DNA of 64,000 nt, taken from contig NEEC01000004.1 in assembly GCA_002189035.1 (NCBI GenBank), positions 1,736,001-1,800,000 on the forward strand, in the 5' to 3' direction. The notes beneath the pieces are model-generated. The model was not told the DNA's origin. It saw only the letters and a program-made list of their open reading frames with translations, and did no database searches. Position numbers and translations under genes: made by a program. Shown here piece after piece: positions 24,466 through 45,655 of this stretch (the first letter of the stretch is position 1; each line of letters begins with the position of its first letter). This DNA is from Utricularia gibba (lineage: Eukaryota > Plantae > Magnoliophyta).

Positions 24466-27321
24466 ATGATTGATCAATTTGTCAATTTCGTCATCAGACC
24501 ACCCAGGTAAGCTTATCTGGTTGTTTTGTCTCATTTTATGCTACTCTGTCTTTATTTCAATGAATGCGGTGCTCATAAATTTTGTTCTTTCTAGACTGGA
24601 CACAGATTTTTGTTCTTGACTAAATTTACTTGCACTCACGGCCATCTTTGCGAGCAGGGCTGAATACAATCCAGACCATTATTTGTGGGAGAAAGAGTTT
24701 ACACTCGCTGGGAGACGATATAGGAGGGAAGACTTGGAGGCAAGTACGGGCATCTGATAAGAATGCGCTTTGCTTTCCCTTTGTTTCCAATGTTTCATGT
24801 TGCAATGAAAAAAAACTAAGAGAATATGCTAAACTCATAGTTCTACTTCCATGCTTTTTTTTTTTTTTTGCCTTAGTCATCAAAATTGTTGTCGGCTTGA
24901 CGTCTGCAGCTTAAAAATGAAAGGGGACACATCTTGAAGTGTAGCCATTATGTTCCTGCAGATGTCTCTGATGATTCTCCCCTTCCATGTGTTGTATATT
25001 GCCATGGAAACAGGTTCACTATCGTGCCTTATCTTTTATGCTAGTAATTGACAATACAGATTTTAAAATGTGTATCTATTTTTCCTCGGAAATGAGTGTA
25101 GCCTGTGAGTACAATGATTCTTATGATACTTAGGAGTCTAACTCACGGATTAAGATTTATAGGTATCAGAGACACATCGTGTATTGGTTTTGCATAATCT
25201 TTTAATTCTAGCTTTTCTACCTTGTTTTAGTTTTGGGGTATAAACCCTTGACTGAGTTATTATCTTAAGATACTGTTCTCATGCAGTGGGTGCCGAGCTG
25301 ATGCAAACGAGGCAGCTGTTGTTCTTTTGCCTTCTAATATCACTGTATTCACTCTTGATTTCTCCGGTTCTGGGTTATCTGATGGCGACTTTGTCAGCCT
25401 TGGCTGGCATGAGGTATTTTCTTCATGAATCTTTCTTCACCTTACTTTATTTGTGTTTGCAGTTACCATACTGAACTTCTTCTGATTGAATTTCAGAAAG
25501 ATGACCTTAAAGCTGTAGTATCATACTTGAGAGGCAACAAGAAAGTATCTTGTATTGGTCTATGGGGAAGATCCATGGGTGCAGTGACATGGTTGGTGTT
25601 CACATTTCTCAGTTTCTTGTATAGTTTAGAAAGTTTCTGTGATCCAGAAATTTTTCCTCGACTGTCTTCTCCTGAACTGCAGCCTTCTATACGGGGCAGA
25701 AGATCCTTCTATAGCTGGAATGGTATTGGACAGTGCCTTCTCCAATTTGTTCAACCTGATGTTGGAACTTGCAGATGTCTACAAAATCCGGCTTCCAAAA
25801 TTTACTGTACGCCTTGGATTTTGGAATCCTTTTTTATAAATACATGCACATTTCTCTGCTGAAATTCCATTCGTGTTTAAATCCTAAAATGCTAGGACAG
25901 GTTAAGATGGCTGTACAGTACATGAGAAGAGTGATTGTGAAGAGGGCCAAGTTTGATATTATGCAATTAGATTGCATTGAGGTTTATACTCATCTCTTTA
26001 TTTAAAACCCTTTGTTGTTCCTGGAAAGTGTTGATGAGTTCAATTTCGAACATCAGGTTGCTATCAAGACTTTCATCCCTGCTCTATTTGGGCATGCAAA
26101 AGATGACAAATTTATTCAACCTCGACATTCAGATGCTATATTCGAGTCATATTCGGTATTACAATGCTCGGTTTATTTATATATTTCTGAACATTTTGTA
26201 CTGATCATACTCAGTGATCTCTTACCCTTGCAGGGTGATAAAAATGTTATCAAGTTTGAGGGTGATCACAACTCTTCTCGACCACCATTTTTCTATGATT
26301 CTGTTTGTATTTTCTTGTATAACGTGCTTCACCCACCTCAACCTCCATCTTTACTTTCTGCCAACATGGAGAGATACTGTGATCTCAGAGACCTGAAGGT
26401 GGGATCTGGGGTTGACGAGGTAATTTTAGTTATATCCCCCTTGCACACATCTACTTCTTTCATACCATGTGCTTCTGATGAGATCCTTGTGTTCCCGTAG
26501 GACGTCTTGTATGAAATAATTGCAGGGTTTCGAAATGTGGCGGCTGATACCCCAAGTTCTTCCTCTGGCCCACGTACTCTAGCAGCTACTAAGTCCATGG
26601 GGGAGATGCTTTTAGAAATGGCACCTGATTTTAATGTAATTAGCTTACTCAATATACACTTGGTTGAGAATGTTGCTTTGAGTATCTCTTGATAGTCGAA
26701 TTTGCAGGATATCTTGACTATCGAAGATGCAGAGCACCGTGGCGATGATGGCTCACAAGTACAGGTATAGTAGGCACCATTTTGCTGTAATTGATGTACT
26801 TGAGTCAATGTTGAATCTGTTTTGAACACTTTCAGCATGATGGCTGCTCGTTCACAAGCTCAAATCGGGAAAGCTGGGGCAGATGCTCATCACTAGGCAC
26901 AGATGATGAGCCGTCCATCAACCGTACAAGTAACAGCAAGTGCGAGGAGGTTGCCTTCTCTTCATGACGTTAGACTTCTGTATCATGAATTTGGTTCTGT
27001 GTTCAGGAAAGACCCCTGGCTTCTTCTTCAACGACTAACGTTTTAATTTGTTTCATTCAGAATTCAATAAATGTGCTCGCAACCCCTCTGAGGAGTTCTC
27101 AGGAGGCCCTGTTGAACACCATGAAGAACGATGACAAGAAGAGCAAGAGCAAGAAGAAGAAGAAGAAGAAAGCAGAGGAAGAAGGTAATGTGGAGTCATC
27201 CCGTATGAAGAAGTCGAAGTCGAAGCGTGAGAAATTTGAGAAGCTAGAGGCTATAAGCCAACGCCTTCGCCATTGCTTACTCAAGGGAGTAAATCACAAG
27301 AGACATTGTTCTTCCTCATGA
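24466..27321 (+). CDS. Alpha/beta-hydrolase superfamily protein (YqkD/At4g17150-like), 13 exons
   Basis: Start MIDQFVNFVIRPPRAEY, VYCHGNSGCRADA, nucleophile elbow GRSMG, HAKDDKFI and EGDHN triad residues, Lys-rich C-terminus. Second intron is GC-AG. Confidence 0.92.
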
Positions 27322-27728
27322 ACAAAAGTGGTATTTCACCACCCATTAGATAGATAGTTAATGTTTTCATTGGTTTCTCAGGGTGGTTTCATTTCTTTTG
27401 GTTCTTTCTCATGTTCCTACGAGATCTAATCTAACGTTGTGTGTGTTCATGGTTTGTACCAAGGCCTTGTGCCTTGTGTGTTTGAAGACATTGTTAGAAC
27501 TTGTTGGTGATGTAATTTTTCACATCTTTTTTGCAATGAAATGACTGAAATTGCTATTAGTCTGGTACCCATGAAGCAGCCTCAAGAAGAATACAACCAA
27601 GGTTAGGATGTTTAGTGAAGCAACAGCAGCATCCCTAATTTACATCTTCAAACAAGTTAGTGGATGTGAGTTCTCAGCTATTTCACCTGAACTTGCAACT
27701 GCAATCGGTGAGGGATCACATACGCCGG

Positions 27729-29611
27729 TTACAGTGTCTTCAACACACCATTTCCCATGATCCCATGCGAAGGAACTTGCATCACATGTAAATCTGGGGT
27801 GTAAACGTCAGATTCACCCCACAGAAACAAAGCATTAGTTGGATCGACATGGAGTAGCGGCCTCTTTATATCATTCACCGGCAGTCCTTGAGACAACGCC
27901 AGATGGCTCTCATGTGAAGTAGTAAGGCAGCTTTTTGTTGAACAATCAGCATGCGATAGGTGGAGATTTGGAGGTATTTCTCCAGGGCCTCTCAGTTCCT
28001 CTGCGGAGTGTGATGGATAAGATGGAACTGGTATGAGTGAGCCGTTAACTGGATTCTTAGTTCCCTTGTCTGAAGAGCCGGCCACATCATTGTTGACTGC
28101 AGCTTCTCCAATTATCTGATTAGCTAGCATCTTGCACGCTTGCTCCAGCATACCCAAGTATCTTCTCTCAGCATCTTGACGAACCTGCAAGTGTTTTTCC
28201 GCCTGGAAAAGACAGGAATCAAGTGAAACGAACCACATACTGGTTGGGAAGGAACCTTAGAATTTCCTGTAGAATGAACAAGAGAGAGGTTACCTCTACT
28301 TGAAGATGCAGTTTACTTTGAACTTCCATTTGTGCTCTCAAAGCTTCCTTGACTTCATATCCACTGCACAAATGACCAAAACGCAGAGCTCACCTTTTTG
28401 TTCTCCAACAAGTAAATATTATCACAACGATAAACTAAATGCTTACTCGTTCATGTCAGATGTTGGTAAATTTTGAGGAGAGCTACTGGAATGGGGGCTG
28501 TCCAGATGAAATGTACCTGAAAAAAATAAGCAACTTGTGTGGCTTAATTTCACTCGTAACTCCATATGTTCCTTCTTGCCCAAGGTTCAACCTTTTGACG
28601 GTTAACCAAGATGATGAATCTTCAGTAACCCATATTGAGTTTTACCAATGGATCAGTTACCCACTAATGAAAAAACTCCTTTTCACAACAAAGTTGCAAA
28701 TTGGCAACAGGAATTCGAAAAATGGTGCAGTGAAAATTATAAAAAGAAAGCTGCGTACCATCTTTTGCACCTTCACCAAGCTCATTCCCAGACTGCTTGC
28801 CTAATCTGTACTTCTGCAAGGTAACAGAGTCGAATAAGCCACAAATCGATGACTGAATATGGAACCAGTGAAAAAAGTAAAACCTGGAGATGGCTCTTCA
28901 AATGGAACAGGGTCAGCCCCTTGACACCCATTGTCCTCATTATTGCCTTCGGAGTAGCTTCTGCAGAGAATGGAATTCAGAAATTTAAACCTCCAAGAAG
29001 ATCTAGACTACAACCAAAATGTTGATAATTTACAACGGTTCTTCATTGACCCTGCTTTTTGTACATTTTCATGGGACTTTTGTGAGTAGTAGAATCTCCC
29101 AAAGTTGGAGATGGAAAAGGTAGTATAAAGATCCATATCACCAATTCACCTACAGCTACATAAGAATCTAGCCCAAAAAGAAGTCTTGCGATTTACGAAC
29201 TTCCTTACAACCGTTTAAATACAAAAAAAATTCAAAAAATGCATTTCACATCTGCATTAATCAAAAACCCAGAATGCTGAAAAAGGCTAAGAGATGAGAA
29301 AATGCATTTGCAAAATACATTCCCCAAACCCAGATACTCAAAGAATCAGCCCCAACCAAAATAATATAAAAAAAAAAGCAGAAATGGGAGTAAGAATGCT
29401 AACTGCTAGCTCCTCCGAGCTGAGTAACCGCGTCAACGAAGCGCTCATGGAGGTCCGCGGTCCACCGGAGTCGCGGCTTTGGGTCGGAAGTCAACTGAAC
29501 CATACAAGGGTCGCTGGAAACCCGTTGACCGAATCCAGAACCATTCGAAACCTGAATAGCAGCTTCTTGACTCAAAATGGCATCACGGGACTGAATCATT
29601 CTCGGAAACAT
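27729..29611 (-). CDS. MYB-CC (GARP, PHR1-like) transcription factor, 6 exons
   Basis: [44 protein letters not shown] and coiled-coil EALRAQMEVQSKLHLQVEAEKHLQ. All exons join in frame. Confidence 0.93.
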
Positions 29612-31295
29612 CACAACGGGGAGCCCAGAAACAAGATCTCTGGAGCAGATCAACAGAAGGGTTGGGGTTGGTAAAATGAGAGATGAGGGATGCACGTCCC
29701 GACGGTTGAAATTGACAAAAATTGATTTGTGGGTATTGAGAGGAAGCAGCAGCAGGAGGAGGTGGAGAGGTAGCGTAGAGTAGACAACCTGTCTATCCCT
29801 TTCGCTCCCGGCATTGCATCGCCTTCCTGTATTCCACCCGGAAAAACAAAAAAAAAAAAAGATGGGGAAATCGGTGATACGTTTGACTGGGAAGGGCAAG
29901 ATGGAGACAACCACTTTTTGGGGAATTACCATTCCCTAATCCTTCATCACCCTCATAGTCTACAGCACCAGTTCCTACCTTCTTCTCCCCCAGTGAACCA
30001 GGCAAGGGGGTGATTGGCGAGGTTAACACACTACTAATTTCCAAATAAATTTATAATTACAGAAAATGAAAATACGCATTTTATTCGAGTACGGAATTTG
30101 TTTAATTAATGTAAATTAATATTATCACCCCAATTTTTGTTACTATCTCCATTATGTTGGATTTGATGGGGGAGATCTACTTGGGCCCCCCCTCTACTTA
30201 ATTGGCCTAAAGTCCACTTGTCTCTTTCATGACAGATTATTTGTGGGCCACACATCAACATATTTTTCATAATTCAATTTTTATTTATTATCATCAATGC
30301 TTTAAATCATAAAAAACGGGTGCTCCTTCCTACTCCATCATTTAATATTTCTTAAATTTACAAAAATAGTCTTCACAATTTTTTTTTTATTTTCATTAAT
30401 TAAAAATATTCTTCATTCTTTACAAAATTGATTTTTAATAATTTAATTTTACTATTTTGATAATATTAATTCTCAAAATTTGAAATAATAAGTATTAAAA
30501 ACCTCCAATTGTTTAATCTCCAACTAACTATATCCTGCAAAGAATCGACACGTGTGTTTTGTGTTTTGGGTGTCTTAGATATGCATCTGATATTTGGATC
30601 TGCGGGTCATCTCAATTAGCTGTTATTATTTAAAAAATAAAAAATATATATTAAATCGTTTTTATTATTTCCGTGACTTCAACGACCATCATCTATTGTT
30701 TGGTTTTGCATCCCTATAGCAATTGGATTGCTATTCTTTTTTTCAATAATATTTTTTAGGTTATTATCGCATATATTGCAACAACTCAATTAAGTTGAAA
30801 ATAGATTTTTAATTTCTAAATTAGTTATCTATTTCATTTAGTGTTGAAATAAATTTTAAATAAATGTATTTTAATTGTATCCTAGTAGTATACTATTAAA
30901 TTTATGGTATCCATATCTCTTTATTGATGGCAAACCGATACCCGTGCTTTGTAGACCCATATCTAATTTATTAAATAGTGAGAATTGATTATGCTCAATA
31001 TTCAAATAATTAAAAATAAAAAAACATTGAATTTTTCATTTTTTAGAAAATATATTTTATATTTTCTTAAAGAATTTTAAATCTTTATTCAAATTATTCA
31101 TTCTTTATTATGAATAAATTGAAATTTAAAGTCATTCAACCGCTGAAACATGGTTTTTTAAACATATATTATTACACAACATTATAGATGCATTATAAAT
31201 TATTGTTGAAAATAATAATTTAAATGAGTAAAATCATGAATATAAAATTATTATTTCAAACTTGGGTAATTAAAATTAATTCCCAGTTGGGTGGG

Positions 31296-34201
31296 TTACT
31301 GGCCCACCACGATTGGGCTTCGAACGTAGTGGCTGCCGTCGGACCATGTCAAGCCTCCGAACACGTAGTCCTGTCCGCTTTGCCATTTTCTCCTCAGCTT
31401 CAGCTTGAAGGTTTTCTCTTCTCCGATCTTCTCAAAGCTCAGGTGCGCTGGTTTCACAGTGGCTGAATACCCAGGTGGAGGGCGAACTGTGGCGGCGTAC
31501 TTTCCGGTTTGCCGACGTTTTTCAGTTTTCTGGTCACGGTGACGGTTGATTTGGGTTGTGGGATGGTGATGGAGGGGTAATTGAAGTTCAGGATGTTGTA
31601 GCTTTTGGGGCATTTGTATGGAGTGATGGAGAATTTCATGACAAGGGTTTCGTTGTAGCCGCTGCCGCAGAGGAAGTCGAGGTAATCGGTGGTGGTTAGG
31701 TCGTAGATGAGGCCGGGATTCATGGCTCGGTTGGGGCGAATGTGGCCAGATCCGAAGGCGAACGGCGTTGCCTTTTTTTCGGCACCGTCGAGCATGGCAT
31801 GGCGGGTGTTGTCTCTCGTCCTTGCTGTTTCAGTTTCATCATCAGTATGCTAGATGAAAGGACTGATGGAGATGTAAAGGAAGGGAATGAACCTGTGGTC
31901 ATTAGAGCTGATTTGATTGCAGCGGGACTCCATTCAGGATAGAGCCGTCGGAGCAAGCCTGTAACACCGGCGACGTGGGGACATGACATTGAGGTACCGG
32001 ATTCCGTGATGAACGGAGTTACCCGGTGGTCCGCTGCCTCGCCGGAAGCGCTCTTGTTTCCAGTGTAGGCGGCCATGATATTGACTCCTGGAGCTGTGAT
32101 ATCAGGCTGCACAACAAGAAAGGGGTTACCACCGCATAGAAAACATGAAAGATGGCGGAGGCAAATACATGGTTTTCATCTTTCTCACCTTCAAAATTGA
32201 TGAAGAAACTAAATTTGGCCTCGAGATGAGAAAGCCGCCATGAAAGGAGCTGGCGTCATACCGAAAACAGCTGACGGGGGCTTTATGACACCTCGAGGGT
32301 TAGTTGTATTCTTGATGTAGGAAAAGAGAATTTGGCCATCGGCGAAGCCGATGTGAGTCGATGGAACAAGGTGGGGTCAGCGATAATCTCGTTTCCGTTG
32401 GCTTCGTCGTTGCAAAGAACCATTCCGGCAGCGCCAGCGCGAAGGGCCTCCGCCCCTTTACTCGTTCTTGCATTTTCTCCTCTCAGGCACACCAAAATCT
32501 TCCCCTTCACCTTCTCTGAGTCCAGAGTATTGTTCTTACAGAGAAGACTGCAGTAAAGAGCGTTCTTGAGTGTAAACTAAAGCACAATATCTGCTACAGT
32601 GCAGTGAGAATTGAGTACACTTACGCTTCCTCTACTGCAATTCCGTGAGCTGCGGCGTCGGCGGCGCTAATCATCGAGTACAATTTCCCCTGTGGCATTG
32701 CCGGACTAAGACTCTGCCCATCGAAAGAATGCCCTGTTTCCAGGCTCAGCTCCGCCTGGAACTCCCGATCGATAGTACTGGCACCCACGGTGATAAGCCA
32801 CGGTGCAACATTGGCTACGGACCCCAAATCAGGACCGGAATTTCCGGCAGAGGTAACAACCACAATCCCACGCTTCACAGCATGGAAAGCAGCAATAGCA
32901 AATCCGTCGGAAAAATAGTCTCCCGCAGGGCTCCCTAGGGAGACGGAGAGAACATCAACACCATCCCAAATGGCGTCATCGATCCCCTTCGTAATGTCGG
33001 AATCAAAGCATTCGCTCCCATCGGGCAGCGGTTCCCAACACACCTTGTAGGCGGCAACTCTCGCTTTCGGTGCACCCCCTTTCGCCGTTCCATTTCCGGC
33101 ACCAAATACGCTAGCGCCGGGAACGAAGTTTCCGGCAGCCGTGGAAAGAGTATGACTCCCGTGGCCGTCTTTATCTCTAGCTGTGTAACTCGCGTTAGGG
33201 TTTCCCCCTGTGTATGCCAGATACCCCTTGTTGAAATACCTCGCTCCTATCAATTTCCTGAATTTCATGCAATTTAATATAAAAAAATTCGAAAATATTC
33301 TATAATAAATATTTTGAAAAAAAAGAAAAGAAAATTACCCATTACAAAGATCATCGTTTTCCAATTGACAAATTCCTCTCCAATTTGGAGGCTTGGGACC
33401 GAACCCATCTCCACTGAAGCTCTTGGACTCAGGCCACACGCCTACCAAAGTCACGATGTGTAAGATATAATTAGAGAATTAGAGATAATTTTATAATTTA
33501 AATATTGATTATTTCATAATTAATACTTAACCTGTATCAAGATTTGCGATGATCACGCCTTCTCCATAACTGGCTTTCTCCCACAAAGAGGAATGGTGAA
33601 CGACGCCGTTGCTCTCGAGCCTGACGAAATCCCAACTATGCGTCGTGTGTAGCTTTCTGGTCTTGTCCAAGAACACGGAAATCACGTCCGGATGGTCTGC
33701 CATGAACGCGGGGTTGTAAGAAAATTCATGCAAACTTTGGGGTTTAGGGTTTTAAGCCCTGTGTGGTTTTAGGGTTTCTTACTCGAGATCCGTCTGGCCT
33801 CTTCCTCATCGAGAAGAGCTGCGAAGCCGTTGACGGTTCTATCATATGAGTAAACCAGAGACTCTTTGGCGGTGTCTTCACTGCAAAACACATTGCTTTT
33901 ACGTGATCTCGCAAAGATCTCCATGCAGAATCATATATATAACCACGGACAGCGTACCTTCCCAAATGCGACGCGAGTAACTGAATGTGCGACTCGGGGA
34001 CACGCTGGAGAGCCTCCGATCCACCATGGAATGCTCCCCCAGGTAGACGATGTACGTCTGCACGTAGCAGCGATAAGATTTCGGAAATCACAGAAATTCC
34101 GGTCGATAACTAACCTTTTTGACGGCGGACGCGGGGTGGTGCAATGCGAGGATCAAGATCCCGAGGAGCAGTAGGCGGAGGCAGTGCCCCTGGGGAAACA
34201 T
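31296..34201 (-). CDS. SBT5.3: Subtilisin-like protease, SBT5.3/5.4 (AIR3) type; four 1-nt frameshifts in this sequence
   Basis: Signal peptide, I9 propeptide, catalytic LDTG / HGSH / GTSMSCPH, PA and Fn3-like domains all present. Frame breaks at 34028-29, 32373-76, 32217-18 and 31504-05, each repaired by one added base. No internal stops after repair. Confidence 0.9.
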
Positions 34202-35463
34202 TCTGTTTGAAGAAGAAACAAATGAAGAAGATAAGAGGTGAAGAGAGGGATGTATATAGAGAGATACAGAGTGAGTATCTCCCCAGAAACCCCGAATCAC
34301 GCGAGATTCCAACCACCGGATAAATCTGGCAATTTTGAAAATCTTAGAGGCGCGTTACAGCAATGTGATTTAATGACACATTAAGTGTATTTTACCCTCT
34401 AATTGCTGGGTCCCTGTGAAAATTGGTATCTTTCCTTTAGGGGCGGTTGACCAATTTCCGTTCCAGTTGTGGACATGCATGGGGTTGGCGATTACTATTT
34501 TACCCTTATGGGAGAATATTGATATTTGAGATAATTGATAATTATCTCAATTATTCCGGAAATATTGGGAGAATACCAATTCGATTTAATATTTTATTTG
34601 TATATGAATTTTGTGAGTAAAAATAGTAACAAAAAAGATTATAAGCAACAGATTTCTTTTAAAAACTATTTAAAGCAATCATTAAAAATTTAAAAAATGT
34701 GTACTACAACATTGTGAGATAAGGTACAATTTTATAAAAAAATAAGAATATATTTGTCGAGAATTATTAAAAGTTGCAAAAATTGAAACTTTAGTGTTGA
34801 AACTTACTACCGGGTATGCAACCAATATGTACCTCAATTATGGGATATCTGATAATTTTAATATAACTATTAAAAATTAAGATCCATAATTTATAAATAT
34901 AGATAATCATTTTGGATGTGTGTATTAAAGATATGTATGTTTATTATATAAAAAAATAAATAATATAAATTTTCTAATAATTTATATTTTAATCATTAAA
35001 ATTGACATTAAAAAATTCAATAAGTCTTAAAATTAAATTTAAGAATCTTAATTTTTGAAAAATTAACTCAACCAATTAAATAAATTAATCAATTAATGAA
35101 ATAAAACAGTCCCTCTATGCCATTAATAATTGAGTCATCAATCTTAAAATTCTGAGGAACTTTTGTTGTAGGATTGACTTTGTGACAATTTATTGAAATT
35201 CCATTTAGATGGGGTACTTATTTTCTGATTAATAAAAACACTGAATTTGCAACCAAATCTAATCATCAGTTCTAGCCCTGAATTATTGCAACTGCATGGC
35301 CGTAGTTCATCAAAGTTCAGGACTGAAATTTTGTTTCGCGGCGGTCATCACAATGAAGAAGGGGAAGGGCAACTCGGATTGCAGAAGCCATAGCTGAAGG
35401 ACACAGATCGTTTTTCTAAGACCATCTCCACAAAAATCAGCTACAGCAGCGGGTGGTTGTCGT

Positions 35464-38644
<3,181 letters not shown>

Positions 38645-40786
38645 CGCAGAGAAGCCAAATTAAAATACTCGACAATGAGTCAGAATTCCCAAGGCAATAG
38701 CTACCTCCCCACCAAAGTGGAATTCTGAAAGCAAATTCGTCAACGAAAGGCGGAGTTTTTCAGGTAGGTGAAGCTAGCCGCCTGTCGAAGATGGGGGAGT
38801 CGGAGTGGCTTTTGGTATTTAAAATTCGGGAAACCAGCGACACGTGCAGACACAAAAAATGAGACAACCCCACCCAACTCCTAAATGTAACGTTGGTGCA
38901 AGTGCAAGCTCAAGCTCGTCGTCACTTGCCATGTCAGACCCTGAGCCCATGACGGGTCTTCCTCGACGGCCCGGCCCATCCAGCTCCTAGATATTGAATA
39001 GCAATAGTACAAACTGTACATAGGGAATCATTTGCTTTTATTACCTTAATCAATTCAAATTATTCCTTTTTTTAACCTTTTCTTTTTTTTTTACCATGGT
39101 TGACAATTCCAAATTAATGTGTCATAGATAAATCATGATAGTTGAATGTCCAAAATTGATAATATCGAAATATTTAGTATCAAAATCAAACTTAGTCATG
39201 TATCAATGATAAGACAACACTTCACAAGAATGCTAATTAACTATGTGAGAGAAATAAGATGAAAGGTTTGATGATGAAATTCCATATTCATTATGGATGA
39301 AAAAGTAAATGTGATTAAATAGATTGATCTTTCTAATATTATATGATGTACTTTGTTTGAAAATAAATAACATAAAATCGTAAGATTGAATATTAAGAAT
39401 CAATAATATAGTACAAGAACGTTATGTGTCACATTAAAGCAAAAGATTAAGGATTTTTTGAAAATTAATCATTCTTATATTCTCTCTCACATACTAAGAT
39501 TAAAATTTTGTACATAAAATGATTATTTTCCACATATATTAACAATAGTATGATTACTTTTCAAAATAATACAAAGAACACCTACACGTACCAATAAGAG
39601 TGTCTTAAGTATATATTCTGATTCATTTTTGAGATCAGGAAAAAAAGTAAATCAACTGAGAGGGATGGTGAAAATGGGTGTCAGGTTTTCACTTTTGAGC
39701 ATTAAATTTTGTGATTTCATCTTTGTTTTTTTACTGTGAGTAATTAAAGCTAAAAACGCAGTACATTCCTTTCAGTATAAATGAAACAAAAGTGACCGTG
39801 ATAAAAAAAAAAAGGGAGTTAAAAACTTTTTGATGGAGAATGAAGCGAGTGCCATCCGAGGTACTGGAGTCGCACTTTTCGTAAATGGGAGTTATGGTAA
39901 AGGATTTTGACTTCACCGGCGGACTTAGAATCAGCTATGTTTTGCCGTGCACAGCTTCCATGGAGTAATTGATCGGAATCCATATTGTGTACGCTTTTTC
40001 GTCGTTTGCCTCTGGGTCATTTTCTTATGATATATGGTTTCTGTTTTCTTCGAAGAAGAAGAATCCCGTGGATTTGAGTTGCTTTCGTTTTGATCGAAGC
40101 CCATTTGTCTATAATCTGGTATGGTTTCTGATTGATGGAATGGGGTTGTGATAATGATGGGAGTCGCTATGCAAGCCCAGCAAGGTGAAACCTTTTACCT
40201 TGCGATCGATTAGTTTTTTTATTCTTTTCATTCATTTTGAGTTTGAACTGGAGTCCCGGGGTTCTCTTTAATGATTGTTGGAAATGGGGAATGCCTGGGT
40301 TGGATGAATTCGCTGCTAAATTTGTGTGTGTTATTAATTTATCGAAAGCGGGAGCTATGGTGTTGATTTGTACAGTGTCTTGTTGATTACCGCATTTCTG
40401 TTCTTTGCAATTTGCTTTTGCCGTTTTGAATGATGGTAGTAGCCTAGTTGATAGTGGAGTTGGCCATTGGATTGGTGTTTCGTGGCCTATTGAAAAAAAT
40501 GGAATATCATACTTGTTTATGAGGAATAATGATTTAGGTATTTCTTTTTCAAAGTTTTAAATTGCTGTAGTAGCACACGCTGCACAAGGCTGCACATGCA
40601 TATGCAATACTATATTAATTTGGGGTAACATTTCATGGCAGCTATCTGGAGTGAGGCTCCGTGTTGATGCTTTTCCTGAAGAGGAGCGATCCTGCTTTCG
40701 GCCTGTTGTTTGTTATCTATTGTGTTTTCGCATCATCTATTTTTAGTATTGCACTTGTTCTTCTAAGGTCAGGATCCATCTTGTCT

Positions 40787-45125
<4,339 letters not shown>

Positions 45126-45655
45126 TGGGTATGTAAGCCACGGTGGTTTCCTCTTGTGCGCTCATTTTGATATTGTGATGCAGCTGCCTGTTCCAAGTTT
45201 AGCACATATAACTCAGCCCGAATGCTTCACTGGCCAACAGGCTATCTGTATATGCATATGATTACAAAAGTACCTGATGAGTTTGTATAAAGTTTTGAAA
45301 GTTGGCTTGGCTTTGGATTATACTCTTCCCAGATGCTACTTCTGATGGTTTAGAAATTTTTATCAACAGATTTTCACCATGAACTCTCAGCAAAATGCCA
45401 CTGTTCTCAGCAGGCAGCCATTGAGATCACCATATCCCCAGTCAAAAAAGTATCTGTTACTTTGAACTCAACATCCCGTTAATGCGACGTCGGGATGTTG
45501 CCATGAAAGCTGTATCCAGTTACTTCAGTTAGTGGTTAGAAGCATCAACCATATGAGCTTGATTAATCTAGTTTCCTTTTTCATTTCTTGGAACTTCCGA
45601 TATTCCTCTGTAGCTGTGAATACCAAAAGCAGCCATCTAGATACCCCTGCAGGGG

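Noticed and set aside
33735-33785. Two TTTAGGG motifs in a subtilase intron
   Set aside because: Isolated telomeric heptamers are common in plant introns; no array.
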